Shown here: positions 52,216 to 64,000 of the stretch, piece by piece
How the letters are laid out: each line of letters starts with the position of its first letter
Numbering within the stretch: position 1 is the stretch's first letter
Assembly (NCBI RefSeq): GCF_009914755.1
Contig: NC_060929.1
From: the human T2T-CHM13v2.0 reference genome, Homo sapiens
Length of the DNA: 64,000 bases
Reading direction: 5' to 3' (one strand)
The notes under the pieces: generated by a model
The model's database searches: none
The model's input: the letters and a program-made list of their open reading frames with translations, nothing else
What the model was told of the DNA's origin: nothing
Position numbers and translations under genes: made by a program

Positions 52216-52221
52216 TTTATT
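52216..52221 (-). terminator. Candidate GCNT4 polyadenylation signal (AATAAA)
   Basis: tttatt on +; on the transcribed strand it has TGTA immediately upstream and a T-rich tract downstream (ctttcctttctctggttttgct). Other hexamers exist (about 52473, 53119, 53953), so the choice is inferred. Confidence 0.55.
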
Positions 52222-54085
52222 TTACAATACCAGAGAATCAACATCTAGTAGTAGCATAATACAAAATGAAACACCAATCTATTTAAAACTCATGTAATGG
52301 GAACTGTATTTCAAAAATGATAAGAAAACAAAATAGGAGATTTAGAGACCAGTCGATATAAATGTATAAAAAGCCCCCAAAACTCTCATTTCATCATCAG
52401 TGCAAACAAAAATCATTTATAATAACATACATATGAATACATTCACTTACACTCACAAAGTGGATTATCATTTTTATTTTCCATGAAATATGTCAAAATA
52501 TATGCAAGTATATCTTCACATTCTGATGGGCAAGATAAATCTTCAAATTAAAATATGTACATTTCACTTAAATTAACCAAAATATTAAAAATAGCAGCAA
52601 CACTGGTCTTTAAACACGTCTAATATCCCAAGAGATTGTTCACACAATATAGACTATTTTGGTAGCTCTTTCATTATTAATATTATTTAATATCCACATA
52701 CAGTTTAGAAACTCTAAGGTTCTGGTCTGATCTCTGAATAACTTAAAGTCTAGATTCAATAAATACAAAGAATAATTATAAAACACAGACTGCAGGACAT
52801 TATCAAGACCAGGGAGGAAATCATACCCAAAGGTTTTAGGGAAGAATCAGATATGAAGGCGTACAGGAAATCTGTAGGATTTCCAAGGCAAAAAGGTGTG
52901 ATCTGACAAGCTCCCTGATATGTTAACAGACTGAGTCCAGAGAAATGTGTGAATGTCTCGAAGGCACTTTCTCCGCTTCATCCTTCCATGTTCCCTTTGA
53001 ATACGGCATTTAAGTGATGAACAACTTTGGAAATTTCCCAATAAACAGGGGATAGAATCATTTCTCACCAGGAGGCAAGACAGTGGATCAGGAGGTTATT
53101 TGTTTTTCAGCATTTACGTTTATTCTGATGAGCAAAGGCATAAAAACCAAGATTTCAACAGGATTTCGTGTATTTCATCCTAGATGGTGGGAAAAGTATT
53201 TGTAGCCCCATTCTCAATGTGTCACTGTACCAACCTGTAACCCTATTGGCTTAGAAAGAAACCCCAAATGGGGTTACAGGAGTTTCCTCAGATCTGGATT
53301 TGGTTACAGAAGTTGCCCCTGTGACTGGGGACTCTCTTTATATTTCAATAGTTTTTCAGAAAAGGTAAATGTTTAAGCCTTTCGATGGGGTTGGACCTTT
53401 GCCTATACTACTACAGGTATCACTCTCTGACATTGAAATGTCAATAGTTTGTACCTATTTTCAAACCACTTCATATACTATTTCAATCGATTCTCACAAA
53501 AAAAAAAAAAAAAAAAAAAAAACACTTGTGTGGAAGCAAGGATAGGCATCCAAGTGCTCATTTCAAAGATCTGGAAAACTGAGGTTCATAGAGACCAAAG
53601 TGACTTACCTGTCCACAGTCGCACACGAGTGAACTGGTATGGATCTTTTGCAGAACTTGGCTCTATACAATGTTTACTTATTTTGAAGAATGGGGCTTGG
53701 TAATAGTTATTTCCAAAGAATGAAGTAATTTGAAGGGGGTAAATAAAAAGGGAGAAAAATGAGTTCAAGAGAAGAAAGGGAGCGAGAAGTGGTGTCAGTT
53801 GGCAGTTAGTATTATGAACTTTAAAATGAGCAAAGTGCATTTCACATTTAGAACACAGACATTTAAAAAATATGTAATACTTAAATCTTCCAAATTGTCC
53901 TATTTTGGGCTAGATTTACTACATCTTTAAATATAATATCTGAGGCTACATTTTTATTTACTGAGGCTGCCATTGAGACATATCATGACCAAGAAATTTT
54001 TACATGAGTTCTACAATTTCCCAAGAGACTGGTGAAAATGTTATTGCCTATTCTCAGAACCCCATTCCTACCCCATTTTACTTCC

Positions 54086-54310
54086 AGAACAATTCCATTA
54101 TATATATAATATATATTCATTATATGTTATATAATATATATTTATATATATATAATTATATGTATATATAATATATATTCATATACAATATATGTATATA
54201 TAATATATATATTTATATATATTATATATGTAATGGAATTGTTCTATATATAATATATAACATAAATATATATTACATATATATAAAATATATATTATAT
54301 ATATATATTT
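54086..54310. repeat. AT-rich low-complexity tract containing an inverted repeat
   Basis: agaacaattccatta (54086-54100) and its exact reverse complement taatggaattgttct (54231-54245) bracket degenerate (TA)n. Confidence 0.9.
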
Positions 54311-55527
54311 TTGACTCATTGGGTGGTTTTCTCAAGTGTGGGTTTTAGAAAATATCCTTAATGAATATTCTTGCTGTGTCCTTAGGAAAATTAGCTTTTT
54401 TCTCTCTGGAACTAAGCTGAGAAAAAGACTGCAAGAAACTTAGAGCTTTTATCACTTTAAATCTGGATTCCAGTTGGACAGTTGCCAGAGAAGAAAAAAT
54501 TTTAAATGACTATACAAATTAATTTAGAAAGCTGTCATATTTCACACAACCTTTTGAAGAAAGTTTAGTGACTCTTAGCTTGATAGTTCCATACAACAGA
54601 ATTATAATGATTCCACAGAAAGTATTCCATTGTAAAGAAACTTATCTAGAATGATAACTTATGAATTGAGGACTTAGGCTTAATGTTCTGGTGTGTGACA
54701 CTTGGAGCTATTGGTCAGTTCTTATTTTTAATCAGTAAATGCATTTTAAAGAAACAGTTGAACTAAAAAGGAGGCCATTCATGATACTGTTTTGTAACAT
54801 GATAAAAATGTTGTATAAATCCCTTCGCTCCTCTTTAGGTACTACCTGTCCCAACCCACATCCTCACCCCCTTCCTTAACTTTCATACATTATAAATGCC
54901 CCCCAACAGTCTCCTCAACCCTGAATTGACCAAGTAATGCACCAAAAGGCAGATTATGCTTTGGCAAGCAGGAAATTGGACTATTCTTTGAGATTTTTCT
55001 GAGGTAGTGAGTCTTTCCTCCTCTGCTCTGATGGTTAAGAAATGTCTTGAAAGCTGAGTTAAGAGACAAGTGGAGTGTTGGTCACAGTACTTAAACACTA
55101 CTCTGAAATGGGTGGTTTATATGATCAGACGATTACCACAAACTTCAAAAGCTTCTTCAGTAGAATCCTGACTGTTATGTGGAGAACTTAAAGATACCGA
55201 GGTTGCTATGATGAGGATAAGCCGCAGTCTCTAAAAAAGTGCCTGTCATATAGTTAGGTGCTCAATAATGTTTGATGACTGACTGAATGTTTAAGATCTC
55301 TGATTTGGCTCAGTGAGATTACAAGCAAAAACAAATATTAAAAAAACCTAGCCAACTGCAGGCTAATAACATCAAAGGCTAGATCACTTTCCCTTGTGTA
55401 TGGAATTTTGGACACCTTTTAAAATATGGGAGGACTGAGTTTAAACAGTATTGGGCATAGTATGGTATTCAATTCCACACTGACTCCATTTATCAGGCAC
55501 CCTCTTATTTCCATCCTGATTTTACTA

Positions 55528-56889
55528 TCATGATGTGGTAGTGAGATTTCTATCCATAAATAACTTTTCTGAGGGCAAAGTGATCCAGTCTCTCTGCTGT
55601 TCTTCAAGCTTTTCTGCCAAGCATTTAATCAAGATAGGGTCCACCTTAGAATCAAATTTATTAGCAAACCAATGTCCATCTTTGATAAGCCACCTTAATT
55701 CTGCAGCTCCATAAATACACACGCTTCGAAGGTGAGATCCAGTACAACTGGGATAGAAAAAGCCTTCATAGTAATTCCACTTGACAAGGCGAGTCTTACT
55801 CTGCAGATCAGACACATCCTGGGCTGATCTGGAAATCTCCCCAGGTATTCCTGGAACCCGAATCAAGGTAGCCCAAAAGTGCTCATCAGGAGAGTATGTG
55901 TCTTTAGACCAGGCAAAAAAGTCTTGAACGATGGAGTTGTTGAAAATATATTTAACAAATGCTTGACTTAAAACAAAATAAGCACTGCCAACAAATATCT
56001 GAATGTTATGGGGGGGTGCTTCCTTGGAGATGTTTGTCCTTATTGGTAGCTTCACATATTCATAAGGCACCCGTCTAAGTTCATGATGGTAAGTGAATCT
56101 TTCCAATTTACTGTTTGGGGGTTTCACCGTCTCCAACATATTTGCTCCATTGAGTTTTTTCAACTCTGACACCAATTCAAAATTTGACTTCAGGGGAAAA
56201 TCTTGCCCACACAAGTTGATAACATATTTCCACTGGATTGAAGACTTCAGAAGGTCCGACAAGCAATTTAAATCAGCCTGGAGTCTGGAAATGTGGGCAT
56301 ATTCCACAGCCTCTAATTTGGAAGCAATGAAAATATTGGAGAAGCACTTAGCTAAATTGTTCATGGCAACTTTGAAGGTATCAGGTGCCTTACGATCATA
56401 ATGGATGCAGTAAATATTGTGCTGGTTGTATATAGCATGGATAAGCCTTTCAACCATAATTGCATCTTTGTGGACAACCAAAGAATAGGCTATTGGGAAG
56501 CTTTTCTCCTCCTTTGAGACAAGCTTTTGAGCATAACCTCTTAGAGTCTGATAAATGTCACAATCACTGGTCATTGCCACAACATCATCATCCTCCAAGT
56601 CAATGATGTCCCTTCTTCTTATTTCCAGACTCTTTCCAATTTCCAAAGGCTCCTGTTCATAGATACCCGAACAGTTAACTTCATACCTGACTTCATCCTT
56701 AACATGAGTGTATCTGTTTCTTACAAAAGGCGAGGTACTTAGGGAGTACTCAACCAAGTAAATGTCTTTTTGCGGAAAGAGTCGTCTCACATTTAGAAGC
56801 TTTAACAAAGAGAGCAGCCATAGGGTTAAAAACAGGATGAAAACTTTCTGCTGTAGGGTATGTTTAAAATAACATTTGAATATCTTCAT
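55528..56889 (-). CDS. GCNT4: Core 2 beta-1,6-N-acetylglucosaminyltransferase 3 (C2GnT3), GT14/Branch family, 453 aa, single coding exon
   Basis: Uninterrupted 1362-bp ORF; type II membrane topology (short cytosolic tail, [16 protein letters not shown]); family motifs [76 protein letters not shown]. Confidence 0.98.
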
Positions 56890-56890
56890 T

Positions 56891-56912
56891 CTGTAAGAGG
56901 AGAAAGAAATAA
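56891..56912 (-). promoter_or_regulatory. 3' splice acceptor of the GCNT4 coding exon
   Basis: The minus strand reads ttatttctttctcctcttacAG|aATG: polypyrimidine tract plus CAG, 1 nt before the start codon. Confidence 0.85.
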
Positions 56913-57924
56913 TCCAGTTGGAATATTAACAGAAAATCAGGTCAGTTTATCCAAAATCTACTGGGCGCCTACCACATACTAGGCAAATGCTGCCCCAAAG
57001 ATGAATGAAACAAGGTTTTTACCCTTGAAAGAATCCAGAAATAAGGAAATGGAATTATGAAGAATGGTGGTATTTTGGGGTATTCTGTGTTAACTATACC
57101 TAATTTTGAGAGATGTTGGTTTCCAAACAGAAGGGAAGGTAATGTAAACTCCTAAAATATAAATATAGTGTGTCTTATATTGTCTGCATTTCTGCTTAGC
57201 ATATTTGAGGAGGGATTGCTCTGGTTTGGGCAGAGGTCTAGAGAACTGGATGTCATCAACAGGGCCTCAGAGATGCAAAGGACTCACCTAAGGCCAAAGG
57301 GAACATTCGTCTTGATTCTACCTCCAGATCCCTATTAGATCCAGGTCTGAAGTCAAACAAGGAAAGCCCAGGGAACCCCACGTTCAGAAAGAAGGGTGGT
57401 GGGCAGACACCCAAAGGAGCTATGCTAAGTATTAGAGACTGTAAAATGTATAGATAACAAAATTGGGTAAGCCTGCATATTTTCCTTATTTTTTATTTTG
57501 TTAACACCCATTTTCACACAGGGATTAGCAATTTAGCCCTTAAAATAAAAAGGGCCTGATTTTTCACTGAGAGTAGTAGGTGGGGTGTAAAAACTACGTT
57601 GGGGGGCAATTTGGCAATACTTGTCAGTTTTAAATGTACCCACCCTGAAGATCCCGTGTGTGTGCAAAGTCAAGCACAAAGAGGTTCCCTACAGTGTTTT
57701 GTATTCAGGCAAGACAGAAAATCTCTCAAACATCCTTGAACAGTGCATTGATTAAATTACATCCATGCTATAATATGTGAAAAGGCCTGAGACCACTCTG
57801 CATGTACATGCCAATGGGGAACAATCTCTAAGATATACTGTGAAATAAAAATAAGCAAAATGCAGAAGCATGTCTAGTATGCTTACATGTCTATACATAC
57901 AAAGAACATACATTAGCAAACTTT

Positions 57925-58425
<501 letters not shown>

Positions 58426-59726
58426 TTCCAAAAGGATATTGTATACACACAACACTGGTAACGGGAATTGCTTTGCAGGGTAGAGTGGGAAAGGACTGAG
58501 GAATGGGGCCTAGGTAGGAGGAGGATTTACTTATCACTGAATATCTTTTAGTATCATTTGCATTTAAAAATGATTATATTACTTTTTCAGATGAAAACAG
58601 GCTGACTAGGAGGAGGGTACAGATGTACTTATAGGGAGCAGCAAGAAGGGCGGCCCAGGAAGTACTAGCCCAAGGCTCCAGGACAGGAAAGCTGGCAGAG
58701 CTCCTAGGGCTGCTTCAGGAGGCTCAGATACTGAGACCTGGTGGGGTCTGAGCACCCCTGTGCAATTTCCTAACATATCTCAATAAACCTTAAATGGAAG
58801 ACAATCATTGTATCCAATTTCATTCAAGAGAATTGCCAAGAACTTGGAACCCAGTTTAATTTTGTAGATTTCATCTATACAGACCCATTGACAAAACTCT
58901 CCCCTGGGAATGAGATCCCACCTTCCTCATTCACCTCCGCTTAAATCCCTCTGTTTAAAGAACCACACCTTCACCACCATCAACTGTACTGCAGAATCCC
59001 ACCTCTCCAGCCACATCTCGTCTCTCCTCTGTGGACTGCCCCAGGCTCCTATCCTCTGCTCACTTCTCTTCTCCTGCATACTTGCCCCCATCTCCAGATT
59101 CCACCTTCCACACTGATGCCTTTCCATATTCCAACACCTTTCCCTCCAGCCTTCACCTCTTGCCCAAGCCTCAGAGGTGGACCTGCAGTTGCTGGATGGA
59201 CATTGCTTCCTGATATCCCACAGGCACTCAGCCTCCACGAGTCCAAAACTGAACTCGACATCATCACCTCGCCTGCGTCTTCTGTCTCAACTTATGGCAA
59301 GACCATCCACTCATGGCCCATGTTTGAAACTAGAGTTACCCAACTTGTCCATTTCACTCATACCCATGTCAACCTATCACCTCATAAATGTGCCTCAAAT
59401 CCATCCTTTCTTCTCCATCCCCGCTGCCAAGTCCAGACAGCATCTTTGCTGCATCAGCACCCAGGTTAAGAGACTCCTGGTCAGGCTCATAGCCCAGGGT
59501 CTGTTGACTGGTCTCAGCTTTTTGCTCCTCCAAAGCACACTGAACAGGGTCCCATCACTCAGGCTCAAGGCCAGGGTTCTTGCCAGTTGTTCTAAAGCTG
59601 TGGAAAACTGTCCCCACTCCCTTGCCTGACACACAAGGCAACTCACTGCAACTCCAGAAGCCTGGGCACATGTGTAGAATTGGGTGTTGTGGTACAGTAG
59701 AAGACTAATCAATCCCAAATAGGGGT

Positions 59727-59728
<2 letters not shown>

Positions 59729-59777
<49 letters not shown>
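59729..59777. repeat. (GT)n microsatellite, about 24 units
   Basis: Uninterrupted GT run. Confidence 0.97.
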
Positions 59778-59778
<1 letters not shown>

Positions 59779-60510
59779 TTAATTCATGGTTATTAGGTAT
59801 AAATAGTATGTAGCTTACAGAAATGGCTAGAATTGGAAGGGGTCTAACTCAAAGTAAATTTTGGCTATTTCTTTTCTCACTGTATTAGTCCATGGAGTCT
59901 CTAATTAATGTTAGCACTTCCCCCTGACACCACAGTGGTAAAAAGAAAAGACCTCACATTCTAAAGAGATTTACCAAGTCTCCCAGAGTTGTCATGTCAT
60001 TTAACTATCATCTTCACACTTAAATAAAAAAGACAAAGGCCAGCTCCCTGCCTTGTCACTCATTTCCAGGGCCTCTTCTGCATCCAGGCATCCTTGCCCT
60101 TCCTGAGAAGGCCTGGGGCACACACATACTGACTCTAGCCTGGGATGGGAGAGTCTGAGCTGGGCAGGAGGTCATGGTTGCCTGCCCAGACATAGAAGCT
60201 CACAGGACATCCAGGGAAGGAAGAGGTGGGAGGCACCCAGTGAGAAGTCCTTTGGAAACTGGCTCAGGGGCCCACATCTGAGAGCCAGGAATGAGAGTGA
60301 ATTTCAAAGAAAGAAGGGTAGGAAAATGGGACAGCCCAGGCACCTCGCTTTCTGATATACCTTCGCCCAAGGCATCTTTAAGGGGGAGAGTTTGTTTGTC
60401 TTGGGGTCAGCCTTTGATATCCTTTGAAAGGAGCAGCCCTCTCCAATATTACCCTGTCCCAAATCAAAATAAAACCCCTTCACCTGCTTACCACGGCCAG
60501 AAATCCCTTT

Positions 60511-60890
60511 ATTTATTTATTTATTTATTTTTTTTTTTTTACTTTAAGTTCTGGGATACATGTGCAGAACAAGCAGGTTTCTTACATAGGTATACACGTG
60601 CCATGGTGGTTTGCTGCACCTATCAACCCGTCATCTAGGTTTTAAGCCCCGAATGCATTAGGTATTTGTCCTAATGCTCTCCCTCCCCTTGCTCCTCACC
60701 CCCCGATAGGCCCCAGTGTGTGATGTTCCCCTCCCTGTGTCCATGTGTTCTCACTGTTCAACTCCCACTTATGAGTGAGAACATGAGGTATTTGGCTTTC
60801 TGTTCCTGTGTTAGTTTGCTGAGAATGATGGCTTCCCACTTCATCCATGTTCCTGCAAAGGACATGAACTCATTCTTTTTTATGGCCGCA
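60511..60890 (-). mobile_element. Short 5'-truncated L1PA (3'UTR only)
   Basis: T-rich tail then 'actttaagttctgggatacatgtgcagaac...gcaaaggacatgaactcattcttttttatggc'; 13-bp TSD cagaaatcccttt / cagaaataccttt. Confidence 0.93.
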
Positions 60891-61752
60891 CAGAAATACC
60901 TTTAACTGAAAAGCATTCCTTTCCCCAAAGAGGTGCGTAGGTGCAAAGCCACTTGGTATGGAGTTTCTGTCAAATCCTAAAAGGGGATGTTGGCCTCTTC
61001 CCAGCTGCGGTGGGCACTAATAGTGAGGGGAATGCTGGCAGGAGGTTGGAGAGGACCACCGGTCCCCAACCTTGGTTCAGCTGGCTTTGGCTTCCTCTGA
61101 AAAGAACATCTGCATAACACCCTTGGGACCCTCCCATTGGGCTCTGCAGGGGGTACACCCCCAGAGCAGCACAGCCCCAGGGGACACAAGTTGCAGGGGG
61201 TGGAGGTGGGCTGGTAGAGGCCCCGGGCCTGGAGGAATGGGAACCAGCTCCTTAGGTCTGACCAGAGTCAGCTGGGCTAAGGCTGGCTGTCATGTTGGCC
61301 ACATGGTTCCTAAGAGACCAGGCTAGCAATGTCACCTTCTGCAAGCACTGCACCCAGCACTTTCCCTCTTAAAGGCTTATGGGCAGGAAGCAGGCAAGTG
61401 TTTTGCTGCCAGGAAGTGGTCTTACAATTACATTACAAATAATGCCCCACCCACGGGAGAAGCGGTATTTCCCCTTCTACCTGCCCGGGTAGACAAGGAG
61501 GTCTGACCTGTTGTGGAGTTTATTGCCACATAGGCACAAGTTCCTAGTGATGACAGAACTGAAAAAGCTGTTGCAAGGTTTGGTGGCTATAACTCAGGTG
61601 AAATATGGTCTATAATAATTCAGTAAAAACCTACTCCTCACTAAAGTCCCAATAGGGATGTTGAATGAGGCATTTCCCTCAAACCATGTTCTTCTCCCAA
61701 CCCATCCAGGCATTGTTGGAGCCTTCAAGGAAGCAGCAAGAACACAGAGGTG

Positions 61753-62066
61753 CACCCCAGCTAAGCGGACACGACCGCATTCAGGGACACCCCAGCTAAG
61801 CGGACACGACCGCATTCAGGGACACCCCAGCTAAGCGGACACGACCGCATTCAGGGACACCCCAGCTAAGCGGACACGACCGCATTCAGGGACACCCCAG
61901 CTAAGCGGACACGACCGCATTCAGGGACACCCCAGCTAAGCGGACACGACCGCATTCAGGGACACCCCAGCTAAGCGGACACGACTGCATTCAGGGACAC
62001 CTCAGCTAAGTGGACACGACCGCATTCAGGGACACCCCAGCTAGGTAGGCACGACTGCATTCAGGG
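61753..62066. repeat. Minisatellite/VNTR, 9 x 35 bp
   Basis: Unit caccccagctaagcggacacgaccgcattcaggga at 61753, 61788, 61823, 61858, 61893, 61928, 61963, 61998, 62033. Confidence 0.97.
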
Positions 62067-62459
62067 CTAAATGGCTACAACCATTAGCAGCTCTTCAACT
62101 AACTCTTCTTACCTTGGCAATTTAAAAACCCAGGACTTTCAAAGAAGTACAGATGCTTCCTTTCCCAGGGAAGAAAGGGGAATGGTAAGTCAAGAATGAG
62201 AGGAAGACTGAGGAAAAAAGGACAGAGTAAGGCTGAGTTTAGGGACCAAGAATGCCTGAGCTTTTTTCAGGAACAGGTTGTGGGGCACTGGGGAGAGAGG
62301 AAGAAAGGAGCTGCGCTTCAGGATGCCACAGACCTTGGGCCTGAGTCCCTGGACGAACTCTTAGTAGCTCTAAGACTTTGATCAAACTATTTAAGCTCTC
62401 TGAAGGCCAGTTTTCTTGTTAAAAATGGGGCTGGACTACTCTAGGAAAATGTGGCCAGA

Positions 62460-62682
62460 TTGCTTTTTAAAGCAGCTCTATGATCCTGTTCCTCCTCACC
62501 GGGTGTGACCTCCCAACCGGGGTCTCCAGCTACCCCAACGCTGGCGCTTTCTGACTGACAGAGGTTTCAAACCTCCCTGGGATGCAGCTCCCAGAGGGAT
62601 GGGCAGGCCGCCATCTTTGCTGTTTTGCAACTTGACTGTTGATACCTGCAGGTACTGGAAAATCTGAGATGATTAGGGACTT
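62460..62682 (+). mobile_element. Isolated primate L1 5'UTR fragment (older L1PA/L1P-type)
   Basis: 'gacctcccaaccggggtctccag' and 'ctcccagaggg...gcaggccgccatctttgctgtt' resemble the L1PA13-16 5'UTR. Confidence 0.6.
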
Positions 62683-62834
62683 CATGGCTTCTTTAAAGAT
62701 CCTGCCCAGACCTGTGGCTTATTGTCCTGTTTTTCAATCTACCTCCTATTTCTCCACAAAGTCTTAACAAATTCAGTATTTTAGAATTAGTGCACGAAGG
62801 CCTCCATGTAATGCTCTTTATTAATTTTATGTAT

Positions 62835-63080
62835 ATTCATCCCTCAGTATATGCAGAGGATTCATTCCAGGGCCCCCGTCCATAACAAAATCTATGCACA
62901 CTCAAGTCCCACAGTCAGTCCTGAGGAACCAGGTATGGGAAAAGTTGGCCCTCCATACATGTAGGATTTGCATTCTGCAAATACTACATTTTCAACTTGT
63001 ATTTACTTGAAAAAAAAAAAACCTGTGTATAATTGGACCCCCTGAAGTTCAAACCTGTGTTGTTCAAGGGCCATACTGTA
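62835..63080. mobile_element. MER2-type (Tigger) DNA transposon
   Basis: Similar to 24812-25040; ends 'gttcaaacctgtgttgttcaagggccatactgta'. Confidence 0.7.
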
Positions 63081-63109
63081 GTTATTAATAATGTAGAATC
63101 ACTCAATCA

Positions 63110-63335
63110 AGAGTTGTCACTAGGTGCACTATTCTAAGTACTCTAGATGTAATTCAATCCCCTCAAGAGATCGATGAGGTAGGTACTACTGTTATCCCTC
63201 TATTATAAGAAAGGAAACTGAGGCACTGTAAGACAACTAAATAAATGCCCAAGGTTACAGTTCTAGAAAGTGCTTTAAATGGAACCTGAACTCAGAGAGT
63301 CTTGCTCCAGACTTGCACTTTTAACCCTTTATGCA
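63110..63335 (-). mobile_element. MIR SINE
   Basis: 'gaggtaggtactactgttatccc...aaggaaactgaggcact...tgcccaaggttacag' MIR core. Confidence 0.75.
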
Positions 63336-64000
63336 ATAGTGTCTCTCAGAATATAAAGAAAAAATTCTCCATATTTCCCGCAACAGTTTTAGCACTTGAC
63401 TAAATTTTCTCATTACTATGTCTTCTCTAAATGTCCTAGAACAGGAACAGGAATGGATCCCAAACATGGTCGAGGAGATCTTCCACCCTGTTTAAGAGAT
63501 GATTTCCATGGAGAATGAGCCTGGAGGAATGCTGGGTGAGGAATCACATTCTGTCTCTGCAGTCAGAGGCTGAGACTGATCAATGAGCTAATGAAGAGGT
63601 TAGTCAGTCTTCCAGCCCGTAGAATCAATTCAAGGAAAAGAGAGCAAGCTCATCCTGAGGGACTCTGCCATTGGTTACTCCTGTCCCGTATCCTGTCACC
63701 AATGACTATCGATTCATTTGTTCTTATAGTTATCTGTGACACCATTTAAGCACAGAGAATTGCTAATTGTTTTAGAAAACTTTCTGGGTTAAATTTCTCT
63801 TCATGTGGAGAATATTCCCTCTTCAGGCCACCTTAAAGTTCTTAAACTTTGTATTATTACATATCAGTTTGAGAAATAGGATATGAAGAGCTTATTGATT
63901 TAGAAATGTCAGGGCTTTTGCTTCTGTCTAAAGCCTTACTAAGAAGAATCACCAGTTAAGAAGATCAATATAAAGACGAACTCACTAAAAAGCATCCTGA

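Larger units (their letters stand above)
52200..55527 (-). other. GCNT4: Probable long 3'UTR of GCNT4
   Basis: AT-rich, Alu-free stretch between the stop codon and the candidate poly(A) signal. Confidence 0.55.

Noticed and set aside
56093-56401. 102-aa ORF antisense to GCNT4
   Set aside because: Shadow ORF of the coding strand, with a non-ATG start and no recognisable homology.
58910-59718. Cluster of overlapping ORFs up to 150 aa
   Set aside because: Lies over degenerate, C-rich, L2-like sequence with no domain similarity or splice support.
59729-59777. (GT)24 as a Z-DNA regulatory element
   Set aside because: Common microsatellite; nothing in the sequence indicates a specific function.
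61753-62066. CRISPR-like array (35-bp repeats with a short internal palindrome)
   Set aside because: Units are head-to-tail with no unique spacers, there are no cas genes, and the context is primate DNA; it is a minisatellite.

Overview
Repeat-dense primate (human-like) genomic DNA: many Alu, L1, LTR and MER elements and one real protein-coding region. That region is the uninterrupted 453-aa ORF of GCNT4 (core 2 beta-1,6-GlcNAc transferase 3, GT14 family) on the minus strand at 55528-56889. Its splice acceptor lies 1 nt before the ATG, its 3'UTR probably runs about 3.3 kb to roughly 52200, and intron sequence extends to the right. Two processed pseudogenes lie on the minus strand: a full-length RPL27A retrocopy nested in an LTR inside an L1, and a 5'-truncated HPF1 (C4orf27) retrocopy. 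Nearly all other ORFs in the track are Alu/L1/LTR artefacts. I see no evidence of a new multi-gene biological system. The best second-look items are structural: an Alu-Alu inversion with swapped target-site duplications, a candidate L1 3' transduction, a perfect 69-bp duplication, an AT-rich fold-back in the GCNT4 3'UTR, a polarised CpG-rich 35-bp VNTR and a re-used insertion site. Repeat subfamily names are from memory of consensus sequences and repeat boundaries are approximate; both need a RepeatMasker/Dfam run.
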